The notes below the pieces were generated by a model that did not search any database, had not been told where the DNA came from, and was given only the letters and a program-made list of their open reading frames with translations. This document shows positions 36,703 to 45,711 of a stretch of 64,000 bases of DNA, piece after piece (positions within the stretch are counted from its first letter, which is position 1; each line of letters starts with the position of its first letter). The position numbers and the translations under genes were made by a program. The stretch is from the NCBI GenBank assembly GCA_016180435.1, contig JACPBG010000003.1, forward strand, positions 77,791 through 141,790. Direction: 5' to 3'. The DNA is from Candidatus Sungiibacteriota bacterium. Its GTDB lineage: Bacteria > Patescibacteriota > Minisyncoccia > Sungbacterales > HO2-52-23.

Positions 36703-37533
36703 ATGAAAAAGTACAATCCCACATCATCCGCGCGGCGGCAAATGGAGACAGCGGAATATAAATCCGTACTTACCCGTACGGAGCCGTTGAAATCGCTTGC
36801 ATACGGAAGGAAGCGGGATGTGGGCAGGAATTCGTTTGGCCGCATAACCACGCGCCATAAAGGCGGCGGCGAGAAGCGTCTTTGGCGCGAAGTAGATTTT
36901 TTATATGATAAGCGCGATGTCCCGGCGAATGTAGAATCAATTGAATACGATCCGAATCGCTCGGCTTTTATTGCACTGCTTTCGTATCGCGACGGTGAAA
37001 AGCGTTATATTCTTGCTCCGCAGAATTTGCGTGTCGGAAATAAAGTCATAACATCCGAGCGCGCGCCGGTTGAAGTCGGGAATCGCATGCCTTTGAAGAA
37101 TATACCCGTAGGAACATTCGTATATAATGTTGAACTTGCTGAAGGTCGCGGAGCGCAATTAGTTCGTTCGGCCGGCGCGTATGCAACCGTTCTTGCCCAA
37201 GAGGGAGAATATACCCACCTTTCATTTCCGTCCAAGGAAATTAGAATGGTGCGAAGCGGCAATTGGGCTTCTGTCGGCGCGCTTTCCAATGAAGAGCATG
37301 GCAAAGTGATCTGGGGCAAAGCCGGAAGAATGCGCCATAAGGGGGTGCGGCCAACCGTACGGGGATCGGCCATGAATCCGGTGGATCATCCGCATGGCGG
37401 AGGCGAGGGCCGGACGCTGATCGGGCGCAGGCGAGGCCCGGCAACTCCGTGGGGAAAACCGGCTAGGGGTGTGAAAACCCGTAAGAGAAACAAGAAGTCG
37501 AGTAAATTTATTTTACATAAAAGAAGGAAGTAG
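36703..37533 (+). CDS. rplB: 50S ribosomal protein L2
   Basis: IEYDPNRSA, MNPVDHPHGGGEG. Confidence 0.98.
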   Translation: MKKYNPTSSARRQMETAEYKSVLTRTEPLKSLAYGRKRDVGRNSFGRITTRHKGGGEKRLWREVDFLYDKRDVPANVESIEYDPNRSAFIALLSYRDGEKRYILAPQNLRVGNKVITSERAPVEVGNRMPLKNIPVGTFVYNVELAEGRGAQLVRSAGAYATVLAQEGEYTHLSFPSKEIRMVRSGNWASVGALSNEEHGKVIWGKAGRMRHKGVRPTVRGSAMNPVDHPHGGGEGRTLIGRRRGPATPWGKPARGVKTRKRNKKSSKFILHKRRK

Positions 37534-37651
37534 CCACAGATTATCACAGATTTCACTACAGATTGCCACAGATCACAGATAAGATTTCATTCTTCCGTTC
37601 CATCATCTGTGATCTGTGGACATCTGTGTAGCATCTGTGCGCATCTGTTGG
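37534..37651. repeat. family E hairpin
   Basis: ccacagattatcacagat...atctgtgcgcatctgttgg. Confidence 0.85.
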
Positions 37652-37655
37652 AATT

Positions 37656-37985
37656 ATGTCAAGATCATTAAAGAAGGGTCCATACGTTCATCCGTCTATA
37701 TTAAAACATATGTCCCGCATCCGAGCGGGTTCTAAAACCGTAATTAAAACCTGGGCTCGTGATTCTACGATTACCCCCGATATGGTGGGATATCTTTTTG
37801 GAGTACATAATGGTAGAAATTTTGTGGAATTTTACGTGTCCGAAGATATGGTCGGACATCACCTTGGAGAATTTTCTCCCACCCGGAAATTTGTCCGCCA
37901 TGGCGGAAGGATGCAAAAAGAGATGGAACAAAAAGCCGCAACGGCCGAAGCGGAAAAGGCTAAAGCAGCCACCGAGAAGAAATAG
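37656..37985 (+). CDS. rpsS: 30S ribosomal protein S19
   Basis: MSRSLKKGPY, MVGHHLGEFSPTR. Confidence 0.97.
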   Translation: MSRSLKKGPYVHPSILKHMSRIRAGSKTVIKTWARDSTITPDMVGYLFGVHNGRNFVEFYVSEDMVGHHLGEFSPTRKFVRHGGRMQKEMEQKAATAEAEKAKAATEKK

Positions 37986-37986
37986 A

Positions 37987-38095
37987 GCAGTGATGCCAAT
38001 CCCATGCGAATTTAATGCCAATCTACCAATTGCGAATATTCACATAATTCGCAATTCGCCAGATTAGCATTTCATTTGTAGATTTGCATCATTGC
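37987..38095 (+). repeat. family A hairpin (short)
   Basis: gcagtgatgccaatc...gatttgcatcattgc. Confidence 0.9.
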
Positions 38096-38110
38096 AGTGC
38101 GAAGCACGAT

Positions 38111-38641
38111 ATGGAGATAAAAGCCAGTTTAAAAAATTTACATATTGCTCCGCGGAAAGTCCGGCTGGTTGCGGGACTGATAAAAGGCAAGGATATCGGA
38201 CGCGCCGAAGTGGAACTTGTTAATCTTGTGAAGCGATCTTCCAATCCGATTTTAAAACTTTTACGGTCCGCCGCTGCGAACGCCGCGCACAATTTTGGAT
38301 TACCCCGAGAATCATTGTATATCAAAGAAATAAAAGTAGATGCCGGACAAGTGTTTAAACGCTTTCGTGCTCGAGCTTTCGGCCGCGCCGCCCCTATACG
38401 AAAGCGAACAAGTCATGTATCATTAATTCTTGAATCTCGCGAGCACAACACTGCTCGTAAGCCAGGGCCCCGGTCAAATAGCGGGGCTGAGTTCCAAGGA
38501 GGCGTGGCAGAGCGGGAAATTTCGGCGGCACCTGAAAAAGAACGTAAATATGAGCGGGATTTAGGCGCAAGAAGGGGCCGGCCTTGGAAAACCAAACCGT
38601 TGAATTTTGTGAGAAGAGTGTTTAATAGAAAAGCAATTTAA
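38111..38641 (+). CDS. rplV: 50S ribosomal protein L22 (C-terminal extension)
   Basis: APRKVRLVA, SAAANA.HN, RARAFGRA..I.KRTSH. Confidence 0.96.
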   Translation: MEIKASLKNLHIAPRKVRLVAGLIKGKDIGRAEVELVNLVKRSSNPILKLLRSAAANAAHNFGLPRESLYIKEIKVDAGQVFKRFRARAFGRAAPIRKRTSHVSLILESREHNTARKPGPRSNSGAEFQGGVAEREISAAPEKERKYERDLGARRGRPWKTKPLNFVRRVFNRKAI

Positions 38642-38642
38642 C

Positions 38643-38712
<70 letters not shown>

Positions 38713-38725
38713 TTGCGGAGCAAGC

Positions 38726-39463
38726 GTGACTCATCGAGTTCATCCATACATATTTCGGATTGGGCATACGACGAATTGGAAGTCGCGTTGGTTTAGGGCG
38801 CATAAATTTTCTGAATATTTGCGTGAAGATGCCATATTGCGCGAGTTGCTGGAGAAAAAATTGCGCAAGAATCATATTGAGGCGATTGAAATTGAACGAG
38901 CTCCCAATGTTGTGCGGATATTTGTAAGAACTGCGCGCCCCGGAATGATTATAGGACGCGGAGGAGAGGGATCCGAAAAATTAAAAAATGAGATTACCGC
39001 ATATCTTGCCAAAATACGTAAGAGATTCAATAGCCCCGTGGTTCAAAAAGAGGATCTGAAGCTTACCATTGAAGAGGTGCGCGCTCCGGAGACCCATGCC
39101 CTAATCGCAGGGCAGATGATCGCAGATGAGATTGAAAAGCGTATTCCATTTCGCCGCGTGTTAAAACAGGCCGTTGAGAGGATTTTTGGATCAAAGGGCG
39201 TTGAGGGCGTTAAAATAATGATAAAAGGGCGTCTGGACGGCAATGAAATTGCGCGCACCGAATGGCTGAAAAGAGGACGGATTCCGCTGCAAACCATTCG
39301 TGCCAACATAGATTTTGCGCATCGTACTGCCTATACCACATATGGGACGATTGGGATAAAAGTATGGATTTATAAAGGAGATATATTTGATAAGAACTTA
39401 GATCTTAGAACTAAGAACTTAGACAAGCATTTAGAACTTAGAACCAAGAACTTAGAAAATTAA
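38726..39463 (+). CDS. rpsC: 30S ribosomal protein S3
   Basis: RPGMIIGRGG, GRLDG.EIAR, GRIPLQT, YGTIGIKVWI. Confidence 0.97.
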   Translation: MTHRVHPYIFRIGHTTNWKSRWFRAHKFSEYLREDAILRELLEKKLRKNHIEAIEIERAPNVVRIFVRTARPGMIIGRGGEGSEKLKNEITAYLAKIRKRFNSPVVQKEDLKLTIEEVRAPETHALIAGQMIADEIEKRIPFRRVLKQAVERIFGSKGVEGVKIMIKGRLDGNEIARTEWLKRGRIPLQTIRANIDFAHRTAYTTYGTIGIKVWIYKGDIFDKNLDLRTKNLDKHLELRTKNLEN

Positions 39464-39502
39464 ACTATTTACTAAGTTCTAAACGCTAAGTTCTGAGATC
39501 TT
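39392..39502. repeat. family F hairpin encoding the S3 C-terminal tail
   Basis: agaactt units translated as KNLDLRTKNLDKHLELRTKNLEN*. Confidence 0.85.
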
Positions 39503-39515
39503 TTGCGAAGCAAAC

Positions 39516-39920
39516 ATGTTTCAGCCCAAAAAAGTAAAACATAGGAAGTGGCATAAAGGCAGGACCAAAGGCCTTGAATATAGATCCAATAATATAGCGT
39601 TTGGATCTTACGGTCTAAAAGGGCTTGAGGCCCGTTGGATTACTGCGCGTCAGATTGAGGCGGCGCGCCGCGCCATGACGCGATATGTCGAGCGCGGGGG
39701 AAAAATTTGGATCCGTATTTTTCCGGATAAGCCGGTTACTAAAAAACCCCCCGAGGTGACGCTGGGAGGAGGAAAAGGCGCGGTGGATCATTATGTGGTT
39801 CCGGTGCGGCCCGGCAAAATACTTTTTGAAATAGACGGCGTGTTACCGGATATTGCGGAGGAGGCATTGCGTTTGGCTGCTCATAAGATGCCGATAAAGA
39901 CAAAGATTATAAGGAAATAA
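39516..39920 (+). CDS. rplP: 50S ribosomal protein L16
   Basis: [19 protein letters not shown]. Confidence 0.97.
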   Translation: MFQPKKVKHRKWHKGRTKGLEYRSNNIAFGSYGLKGLEARWITARQIEAARRAMTRYVERGGKIWIRIFPDKPVTKKPPEVTLGGGKGAVDHYVVPVRPGKILFEIDGVLPDIAEEALRLAAHKMPIKTKIIRK

Positions 39921-39927
39921 ACCCTGT

Positions 39928-40017
39928 ACACAAATCCACAAATGAGCACACAAATCCACAAATGGAATAAGTATTCGTGATTCGTGGATTGGTGTAAACA
40001 TTCGTTGATTAGTGTGT
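39928..40017. repeat. family D hairpin
   Basis: acacaaatccacaaatg...cattcgttgattagtgtgt. Confidence 0.85.
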
Positions 40018-40020
40018 TTT

Positions 40021-40200
40021 ATGAAAATTGCAGAACTGCGTCAAAAAACAAAGGAGGAGTTACAGGAGCTGTTGCACGAGAAGTGCGCCCGGATTGATGA
40101 ATTAAGGCCGCTTTTGCATCAAAAAAAGGTGAAAAATGTTAAAGAATTATCCAGAGTTAAAAAAGATATAGCGAGAATAATGACATTATTACATTTGTGA
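40021..40200 (+). CDS. rpmC: 50S ribosomal protein L29
   Basis: MKIAELRQKT..EL, KKDIARIMT. Confidence 0.93.
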   Translation: MKIAELRQKTKEELQELLHEKCARIDELRPLLHQKKVKNVKELSRVKKDIARIMTLLHL

Positions 40201-40304
40201 TATCAACGAATAACGAATCTTGCGCGAATTTACGAATAAACGAATTTATGGTGAGTAGAGTCGAACCATTCGTATATTCGTAATAAATTCGTTATTCGAT
40301 GATA
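40201..40304. repeat. family C2 hairpin
   Basis: tatcaacgaataacgaat...attcgttattcgatgata. Confidence 0.85.
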
Positions 40305-40317
40305 GAGCGAAGCGATC

Positions 40318-40608
40318 ATGAGGAAACTTAAAGGTATTGTCACATCCGATAAGATGCAAAAGACCGTCGGAGTGCGAGTAGATCGGTTAAAAAAACACCC
40401 AAAATACGGGAAATATTTTCGTACAACGCAAAAGTTTAAAGCACATGACGAAAAAGGGGAATATAAAATTGGCGATCTGGTTATTATTCAGGAAACAAGG
40501 CCGCTGTCCAAAGATAAAAGATGGCGTGCAGTTTCTTTAGTAAAACGCGGGATTGTGGAAACAGATGAGAAGGAAGAAAGCAGTGATGCCAATCCGATGC
40601 GAATTTAA
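40318..40608 (+). CDS. rpsQ: 30S ribosomal protein S17
   Basis: G.V.SDKMQKT, KAHDE, ETRPLSKDKRW; tail SSDANPMRI comes from a family A element. Confidence 0.96.
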   Translation: MRKLKGIVTSDKMQKTVGVRVDRLKKHPKYGKYFRTTQKFKAHDEKGEYKIGDLVIIQETRPLSKDKRWRAVSLVKRGIVETDEKEESSDANPMRI

Positions 40609-40743
40609 TGCCAATCTGGCGAATTGCCAATAATTATTCTTCGAGTGTAATCGAGAAGTACCTTAGGGTATTATTCTCGACAAGCTCGAATGATAACCGA
40701 TTCGCAATTTGTAGATTAGCATAAGATTTGTAGATTGGCATCA
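40580..40743 (+). repeat. family A hairpin (long)
   Basis: gcagtgatgccaatc...gattggcatca overlapping the rpsQ end. Confidence 0.9.
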
Positions 40744-40750
40744 TATTAAA

Positions 40751-41116
40751 ATGATCCAGCTTCGTTCTATGGTAAAAGTGGCAGATAATTCTGGGGCTGT
40801 TTTGCTCCAAGTTTTTCAGGTATCGCGCGGATCCCGCCATCGTTATGCGCGTATTGGCGATATGGTTGTTGCTTCGGTAAAAATTGCCGAACCTGGCAAG
40901 GCGGTTAAGAAAAAAGACGTTGTACACGCAGTGATTGTGCGAACGCGATCCCCGTATCGTCGCAAGGATGGGACCTATGTGCGTTTTGATGATAATGCCG
41001 CAGTAATACTTGACGGGACAGAACCCAAAGGAGGAAGGATTTTTGGTCCGGTAGCCCGGGAATTGCGCGATAGAGGATTTACAAAAATTGTTTCATTGGC
41101 GTCAGAAGTCGTATAA
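40751..41116 (+). CDS. rplN: 50S ribosomal protein L14
   Basis: [26 protein letters not shown]. Confidence 0.98.
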   Translation: MIQLRSMVKVADNSGAVLLQVFQVSRGSRHRYARIGDMVVASVKIAEPGKAVKKKDVVHAVIVRTRSPYRRKDGTYVRFDDNAAVILDGTEPKGGRIFGPVARELRDRGFTKIVSLASEVV

Positions 41117-41117
41117 A

Positions 41118-41280
41118 GCAGTGATGCCAATCCTATGCGAATTTAATGCCAATCCGGCGAATTGCCAATAATTATTCTTCGAGTGAAATCGAGATGATAC
41201 CTTAATGTATATTCTCGACAAGCTCGAATAGTAACGATTCGTAATTTGTAGATTAGCATAAGATTTGTAGATTGGCATCA
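41118..41280 (+). repeat. family A hairpin (long)
   Basis: Near-identical to 36009-36171. Confidence 0.9.
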
Positions 41281-41287
41281 TATTAGA

Positions 41288-41596
41288 ATGAAAATAAAAA
41301 AAGGCGACACCGTAAAAATAACTTCGGGTAATGATAAAGGGAAGACCGGCAAGGTCATCCGGGCTTTCGGGAATGCAGGAAAAATCGTAGTGGAGGGTGT
41401 GAATATCCGCAAGAAACACGTCCGTCCGAAGCGCCAGGGACAGAAAGGAGAAATAGTCCGAATCCCGGCGCCATTTTTAGTATCAAGGGCCATGTTGCTT
41501 TGTCCCAAATGTGGGAAGCTCATTCGTCCGGGGATGATATTGCATGAAGACTCCGTAAAGGTCCGTATATGCAAAAAATGCAGTGCGGAGATTTAA
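41288..41596 (+). CDS. rplX: 50S ribosomal protein L24
   Basis: KIKKGDTV.I.SG.DKGKTGKV, VEGVN. Confidence 0.96.
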   Translation: MKIKKGDTVKITSGNDKGKTGKVIRAFGNAGKIVVEGVNIRKKHVRPKRQGQKGEIVRIPAPFLVSRAMLLCPKCGKLIRPGMILHEDSVKVRICKKCSAEI

Positions 41597-41606
41597 ATTT
41601 TAAATT

Positions 41607-42149
41607 ATGCCGATCCAATCTTTACAAGAGCGATATAATAAAGACATTGTGCCGGCAATGGTGAAGCGATTCGGATATAAAAATATAATGGCCGTTCCAC
41701 GGATCCAAAAGGTTGTTTTGAATTGCGGAGTTGGGAAATTGCGCGACGAGAAACAGCGGGAAGAAGTGATCAAGTTTTTGACTTTAATTGCCGGTCAAAA
41801 GCCTTCGCCGCGCTCTGCGAAAAAAGCCATAGCGTCATTTAAAACGCGTAAAGGTCTTGTTATAGGATATCAAGTGACATTACGGGGAAGGCGCATGTAT
41901 GATTTCATTTCCAGGTTCACAGATATAGCGCTCCCGCGCACCCGTGATTTTAGGGGAATTGATGCAAAATCGTTTGATAGCGGCGGGAATTTGACAATTG
42001 GAATTAAAGAGCATATAGTATTTCCTGAAATGATCGGAGAGGATTACCATTTTTTGTTCGGCCTTGAAGTTACGATAGTGACCACGGCTCCAAGGCGAGA
42101 AGAGGGGGTTGAATTATTAAAGTTGATGGGATTCCCAATAAAGCAGTGA
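41607..42149 (+). CDS. rplE: 50S ribosomal protein L5
   Basis: GQKP, VTLRG..MY.F, LPRTRDFRG. Confidence 0.97.
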   Translation: MPIQSLQERYNKDIVPAMVKRFGYKNIMAVPRIQKVVLNCGVGKLRDEKQREEVIKFLTLIAGQKPSPRSAKKAIASFKTRKGLVIGYQVTLRGRRMYDFISRFTDIALPRTRDFRGIDAKSFDSGGNLTIGIKEHIVFPEMIGEDYHFLFGLEVTIVTTAPRREEGVELLKLMGFPIKQ

Positions 42150-42255
42150 TGCCAATCCGATGCGAATTTAATGCCAATCTGGCGAATTGCGAATACCAAA
42201 TAAAGGAGTTTATTAGCAATTTGTAGATTAGCATAAGATTTGTAGATTGGCATCA
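42143..42255 (+). repeat. family A hairpin (short) supplying the rplE stop
   Basis: gCAG TGAtgccaatc...gattggcatca. Confidence 0.9.
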
Positions 42256-42260
42256 TATTG

Positions 42261-42446
42261 ATGGCTAAACAATCTGTCATAGCAAGGGCCCTAAAAAAAC
42301 CCAAATACAAATCCCGCTTAGTGCGCCGGTGTTTCCGTTGTGGCCGTAAACGCGGATATATGAGGGCGTTTGACGCGTGCCGGATTTGTTTCAGAGAAAT
42401 GGCAAACAGAGGGGAAATACCCGGAATAAAGAAAAGCAGCTGGTAA
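42261..42446 (+). CDS. rpsN: 30S ribosomal protein S14 type Z
   Basis: [23 protein letters not shown]. Confidence 0.96.
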   Translation: MAKQSVIARALKKPKYKSRLVRRCFRCGRKRGYMRAFDACRICFREMANRGEIPGIKKSSW

Positions 42447-42453
42447 CTGATAA

Positions 42454-42538
42454 CTTTACGAAATACGAATCATTACGAATGTACGAATACATTTTATCAG
42501 ATTATTCGTAAATTCGTATATATTAGTATTTCGTAAAG
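42454..42538. repeat. family C hairpin (empty)
   Basis: ctttacgaaatac...gtatttcgtaaag. Confidence 0.9.
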
Positions 42539-42547
42539 ATAAAGATT

Positions 42548-42934
42548 ATGGATCCTATTTCAGATATGTTCATCCGCATAAAAAATGCGCAAAAAGCGGG
42601 GCATGAAACTGCCTCCGTTCCTTATTCTAAATTCAAGTTTGAATTGATTAAAGTTCTTGAGCGAAGCGGATATATAAATAGTGCGGAACGTCGCGGGAAA
42701 CGTATAAAACGTTTTATAGAAGTTGGTTTAAAGTACCATAACGGATCTCCTGCTGTTTCCGGAATCCGTCTGCTTTCACGCCCGAGCAGGCGCGTATATG
42801 CAAGCGCCAAAGAACTGTTGGGAATTGCGCGTCACGGCGGGGTTGTAGCGGTGAGTACTTCTAAGGGCGTTATGTCCCATAAAGATGCGTTGAAGGGAAA
42901 GGTCGGAGGACAGCTGATAGCGGAAATATGGTGA
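42548..42934 (+). CDS. rpsH: 30S ribosomal protein S8
   Basis: DPISDM..RIKNA, SRPSRRVY, STSKGVM. Confidence 0.97.
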   Translation: MDPISDMFIRIKNAQKAGHETASVPYSKFKFELIKVLERSGYINSAERRGKRIKRFIEVGLKYHNGSPAVSGIRLLSRPSRRVYASAKELLGIARHGGVVAVSTSKGVMSHKDALKGKVGGQLIAEIW

Positions 42935-42948
42935 GATCTCTCGTTGCA

Positions 42949-43164
42949 GCGTTTTTAGATATTTTGCTTTCTCGACAAGTCCTCGGCCGCTCCTGCGGCG
43001 GCCTGCGGGGTCGGGCAAACACCGAGCACTGAATTTGTTCTAAAAATAGTTCCAGAGTTTGTCGAGGGACTACCTTGAAAGAAATCGGCATTGTATTGTG
43101 GGTTGAGTGCTCGGACCAAGCTGTTTGTCCTCCCATTGTCTCGAAAGTAAAATATCCAAAACGC
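42949..43164 (+). repeat. family G element (long)
   Basis: Same core and inner ccgagcact..agtgctcgg stem as 9311-9508. Confidence 0.85.
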
Positions 43165-43197
43165 ATATATACTCAATTAATAAGTTTAATATAATGT

Positions 43198-43740
43198 ATG
43201 AGTAGAATCGGTAAAAAACCAATTTTAATACCGCCTGGCGTTGAGGTGTCAATTCGTGATAATGTAGTTACGGTTAAGGGGCCCAAAGGAGAACTTTCAC
43301 GGATATTACATTCGGAAATTTCAGCCGATATAAATGATAAAACTATAGTTGTTTCTACGGCTGGAGTTAGTAAAAAATCATCTGCACTTTGGGGTCTTTC
43401 TCGATCGCTGATAGCCAATATGGTTGAAGGAGTAACTAACGCCTTTCGAAAAAAACTGGATTTTGAGGGTATTGGATTCAGGGCGAGTATTGATGGCGGC
43501 GCTTTGCAGATGCAACTTGGTTTCTCGCATCCGGTGCGAATCGAACCGCCTGAAGGCATTGCGTTTTTAGTTGAAAAAAACGTGATTACTATTTTAGGAA
43601 TTGATAAGGAGGCGGTAGGTAATACGGCGGCGCGCATTAGGCGGCTGAAGCCAGTAGAGCCGTATAAAGGGAAGGGCATTAAGTATCAAGGGGAGATAGT
43701 GAAAAGAAAAGCCGGAAAAAAAGCGGTCGCGTCTGCATAA
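43198..43740 (+). CDS. rplF: 50S ribosomal protein L6
   Basis: MSRIGKKPI, VKGPKGEL, LGFSHP, PYKGKGI. Confidence 0.98.
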   Translation: MSRIGKKPILIPPGVEVSIRDNVVTVKGPKGELSRILHSEISADINDKTIVVSTAGVSKKSSALWGLSRSLIANMVEGVTNAFRKKLDFEGIGFRASIDGGALQMQLGFSHPVRIEPPEGIAFLVEKNVITILGIDKEAVGNTAARIRRLKPVEPYKGKGIKYQGEIVKRKAGKKAVASA

Positions 43741-43741
43741 T

Positions 43742-43856
43742 GCGAGATTTTAGAACTTAGAACCAAGAACTTAGACAAGCATTTAGAACTTAGAACCAAG
43801 AACTTAGAAAATTAAACTATTTACTAAGTTCTAAGATCTAAGATCTAAGTTCTCGT
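43742..43856. repeat. family F hairpin
   Basis: Shares agacaagcatttagaacttagaaccaagaacttagaaaattaaactatttactaagttct with 39392-39502. Confidence 0.85.
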
Positions 43857-43870
43857 GCGAGATCAAATTT

Positions 43871-44236
43871 ATGGGATTGAAACAGGAAAAAAGAGATCGT
43901 CGACACAAGCGTGTACGAAGTCGAATCCGAGGAACGAGCACGCGGCCGCGCCTTTCGGTCTTTCGCTCTAACCGCCATATTGCGGCCCAGCTTATTGATG
44001 ATGAAGCCGGCAGGACGCTTTTATCCGTTAGCGATATGGATATCGGTACGGGCAAGAAAAAAAATTCCCAATCCGGATCATTATACGTCCGCGCCGAAAA
44101 AGTCGGTACTCTGCTGGCAGAAAAAGCTCAGAAACTTTCTATGGCGTCGGTTGTGTTTGACCGCGGGGGATATGCGTATCATGGCGCCGTTAAAGCCTTG
44201 GCGGATGGAGCAAGGAAAGGAGGATTACAATTTTAA
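43871..44236 (+). CDS. rplR: 50S ribosomal protein L18
   Basis: RPRLSVFRSN, VVFDRGGY.YHG. Confidence 0.97.
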   Translation: MGLKQEKRDRRHKRVRSRIRGTSTRPRLSVFRSNRHIAAQLIDDEAGRTLLSVSDMDIGTGKKKNSQSGSLYVRAEKVGTLLAEKAQKLSMASVVFDRGGYAYHGAVKALADGARKGGLQF

Positions 44237-44327
44237 TTGATTTTACGAAATACGAATCATTACAAATATACGAATACGTTTTGGTAAGTTGATTCGTAAA
44301 TTCGTACCTATTCGTATTTCGTAAAGG
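44233..44327. repeat. family C hairpin, identical to 44823-44917
   Basis: 95-bp exact direct repeat flanking rpsE. Confidence 0.92.
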
Positions 44328-44328
44328 C

Positions 44329-44826
44329 ATGGCAAGACCCCGAGAGCGAAAATTGAATTCGGAGTTTGAACGTGAGCGGTCGGAATTCGACCAGCGCGTT
44401 TTAGATATCAGGCGGACGGCCCGTGTGGTTGCGGGCGGCCGGCGTTTTAGTTTTCGGGCAGCCGTCATTGTGGGTAATCGCAAGGGCCGAATCGGGTTTG
44501 GGATGGGAAAGGGAATTGATGTATCCGCTGCCGTGGAAAAAGCCGTTCATCGGGCCAAAAAAGAATTGATAAATATTCCGCTCACCAAGAGCTTTTCAAT
44601 ACCTCACGGAGTCAGCGGCAAGGCGGCCGCCGCTCGGGTAATTTTGAAGCCGGCGGTTGAAGGCCGGGGACTTGTGGCTGGCGGCCCGGTACGGGCGATC
44701 GCGGACCTCGCAGGGATTAAGAATCTTACCGCCAAAATTCTTGGCCGTACTCCGAATAAATTGAACAATGCTAAAGCGGTGATAGAAGCGTTAAAACACT
44801 TGAAGAATTTAGAACAGAGAACTTAA
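44329..44826 (+). CDS. rpsE: 30S ribosomal protein S5
   Basis: RVVAGGRRFSFRA, G.GKG. Confidence 0.97.
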   Translation: MARPRERKLNSEFERERSEFDQRVLDIRRTARVVAGGRRFSFRAAVIVGNRKGRIGFGMGKGIDVSAAVEKAVHRAKKELINIPLTKSFSIPHGVSGKAAAARVILKPAVEGRGLVAGGPVRAIADLAGIKNLTAKILGRTPNKLNNAKAVIEALKHLKNLEQRT

Positions 44827-44917
44827 TTGATTTTACGAAATACGAATCATTACAAATATACGAATACGTTTTGGTAAGTTGATTCGTAAATTCGTACCTA
44901 TTCGTATTTCGTAAAGG
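44823..44917. repeat. family C hairpin, identical to 44233-44327
   Basis: Occupies the position where rpmD normally lies. Confidence 0.92.
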
Positions 44918-44918
44918 T

Positions 44919-45341
44919 ATGCAACTTCACCAACTTTCATCCAAAACAAAATCACATCGCGAACGGCGCATTGGCCGGGGCGGTAAGCGCGGCACCTATT
45001 CGGGTCGCGGCATTAAAGGCCAGGGCGCGCGAGCGGGCGCCAAATTTCGTCCGGCCGAACGCGAAATTTTAAAAAAGATACCCAAACTCCGCGGTCGCGG
45101 GAAGCACTCTTTTAAATCCTTTCGTTTGAAACCGGTCGTTGTCAATCTGGGTCATATTGAAAAAAGATTTAAGAGCGGAGATACAGTAACCCCGGAAAGT
45201 TTGTTAAAATCCGGATTAATTACTAAAATAAAGGGGAGAATGCCTAAAGTGAAGATTTTGGGACAGGGAGAATTAAAAAAGAATTTGATATTTAAAGACG
45301 TGCAGTTTTCGAAATCCGCAGCGGTCAAGTTAAAACACTAA
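44919..45341 (+). CDS. rplO: 50S ribosomal protein L15
   Basis: RIGRGGKRGTYSGRGIKGQGAR, VKILG.G. Confidence 0.95.
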   Translation: MQLHQLSSKTKSHRERRIGRGGKRGTYSGRGIKGQGARAGAKFRPAEREILKKIPKLRGRGKHSFKSFRLKPVVVNLGHIEKRFKSGDTVTPESLLKSGLITKIKGRMPKVKILGQGELKKNLIFKDVQFSKSAAVKLKH

Positions 45342-45556
45342 CAATCCGAACAGTATTTATAGATTTGTGCCGAAGGCACACACCTTAAAAAATTGCTAAA
45401 GTGAGTATACACGCGGTTTCGGCAATATGGTTTTGAAAAAGCTACCAAGTGAGTGACTGCGTTTTCGTATATTGTAATTTCAGATAATGGGAGGACGCGA
45501 AATAAGATATTCGCCGCAGGCGGATTCAATAAGAAAATTCTCCAAGCGAGTCACAG

Positions 45557-45697
45557 GCGGAATTTAGCATTTTGCTTTTGAGGCAATGGGAGGATAAACA
45601 GCTTGGTCTTCCGCGAGGCGGAAGTGTTTATCCGACCCCGCAGGCCGCCGCCGGAGCGGCCGAGGACTTGCCGAAAAAGTAAAATACTAAAGTCCGC
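45557..45697 (-). repeat. family G element, reverse orientation
   Basis: caatgggagg...gcttggtc...ccgaccccgcaggccgccgccggagcggccgagg. Confidence 0.85.
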
Positions 45698-45711
45698 TAT
45701 GATGAGTAATC

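Noticed and set aside
40634-40927. Recurrent antisense ORFs containing [15 protein letters not shown]
   Set aside because: These are translations of the family A reverse strand opposite ribosomal genes, with no independent coding evidence
44827-44918. Absence of rpmD (L30) as a novelty
   Set aside because: Loss of L30 is an established CPR trait; it was used only as a taxonomic hint
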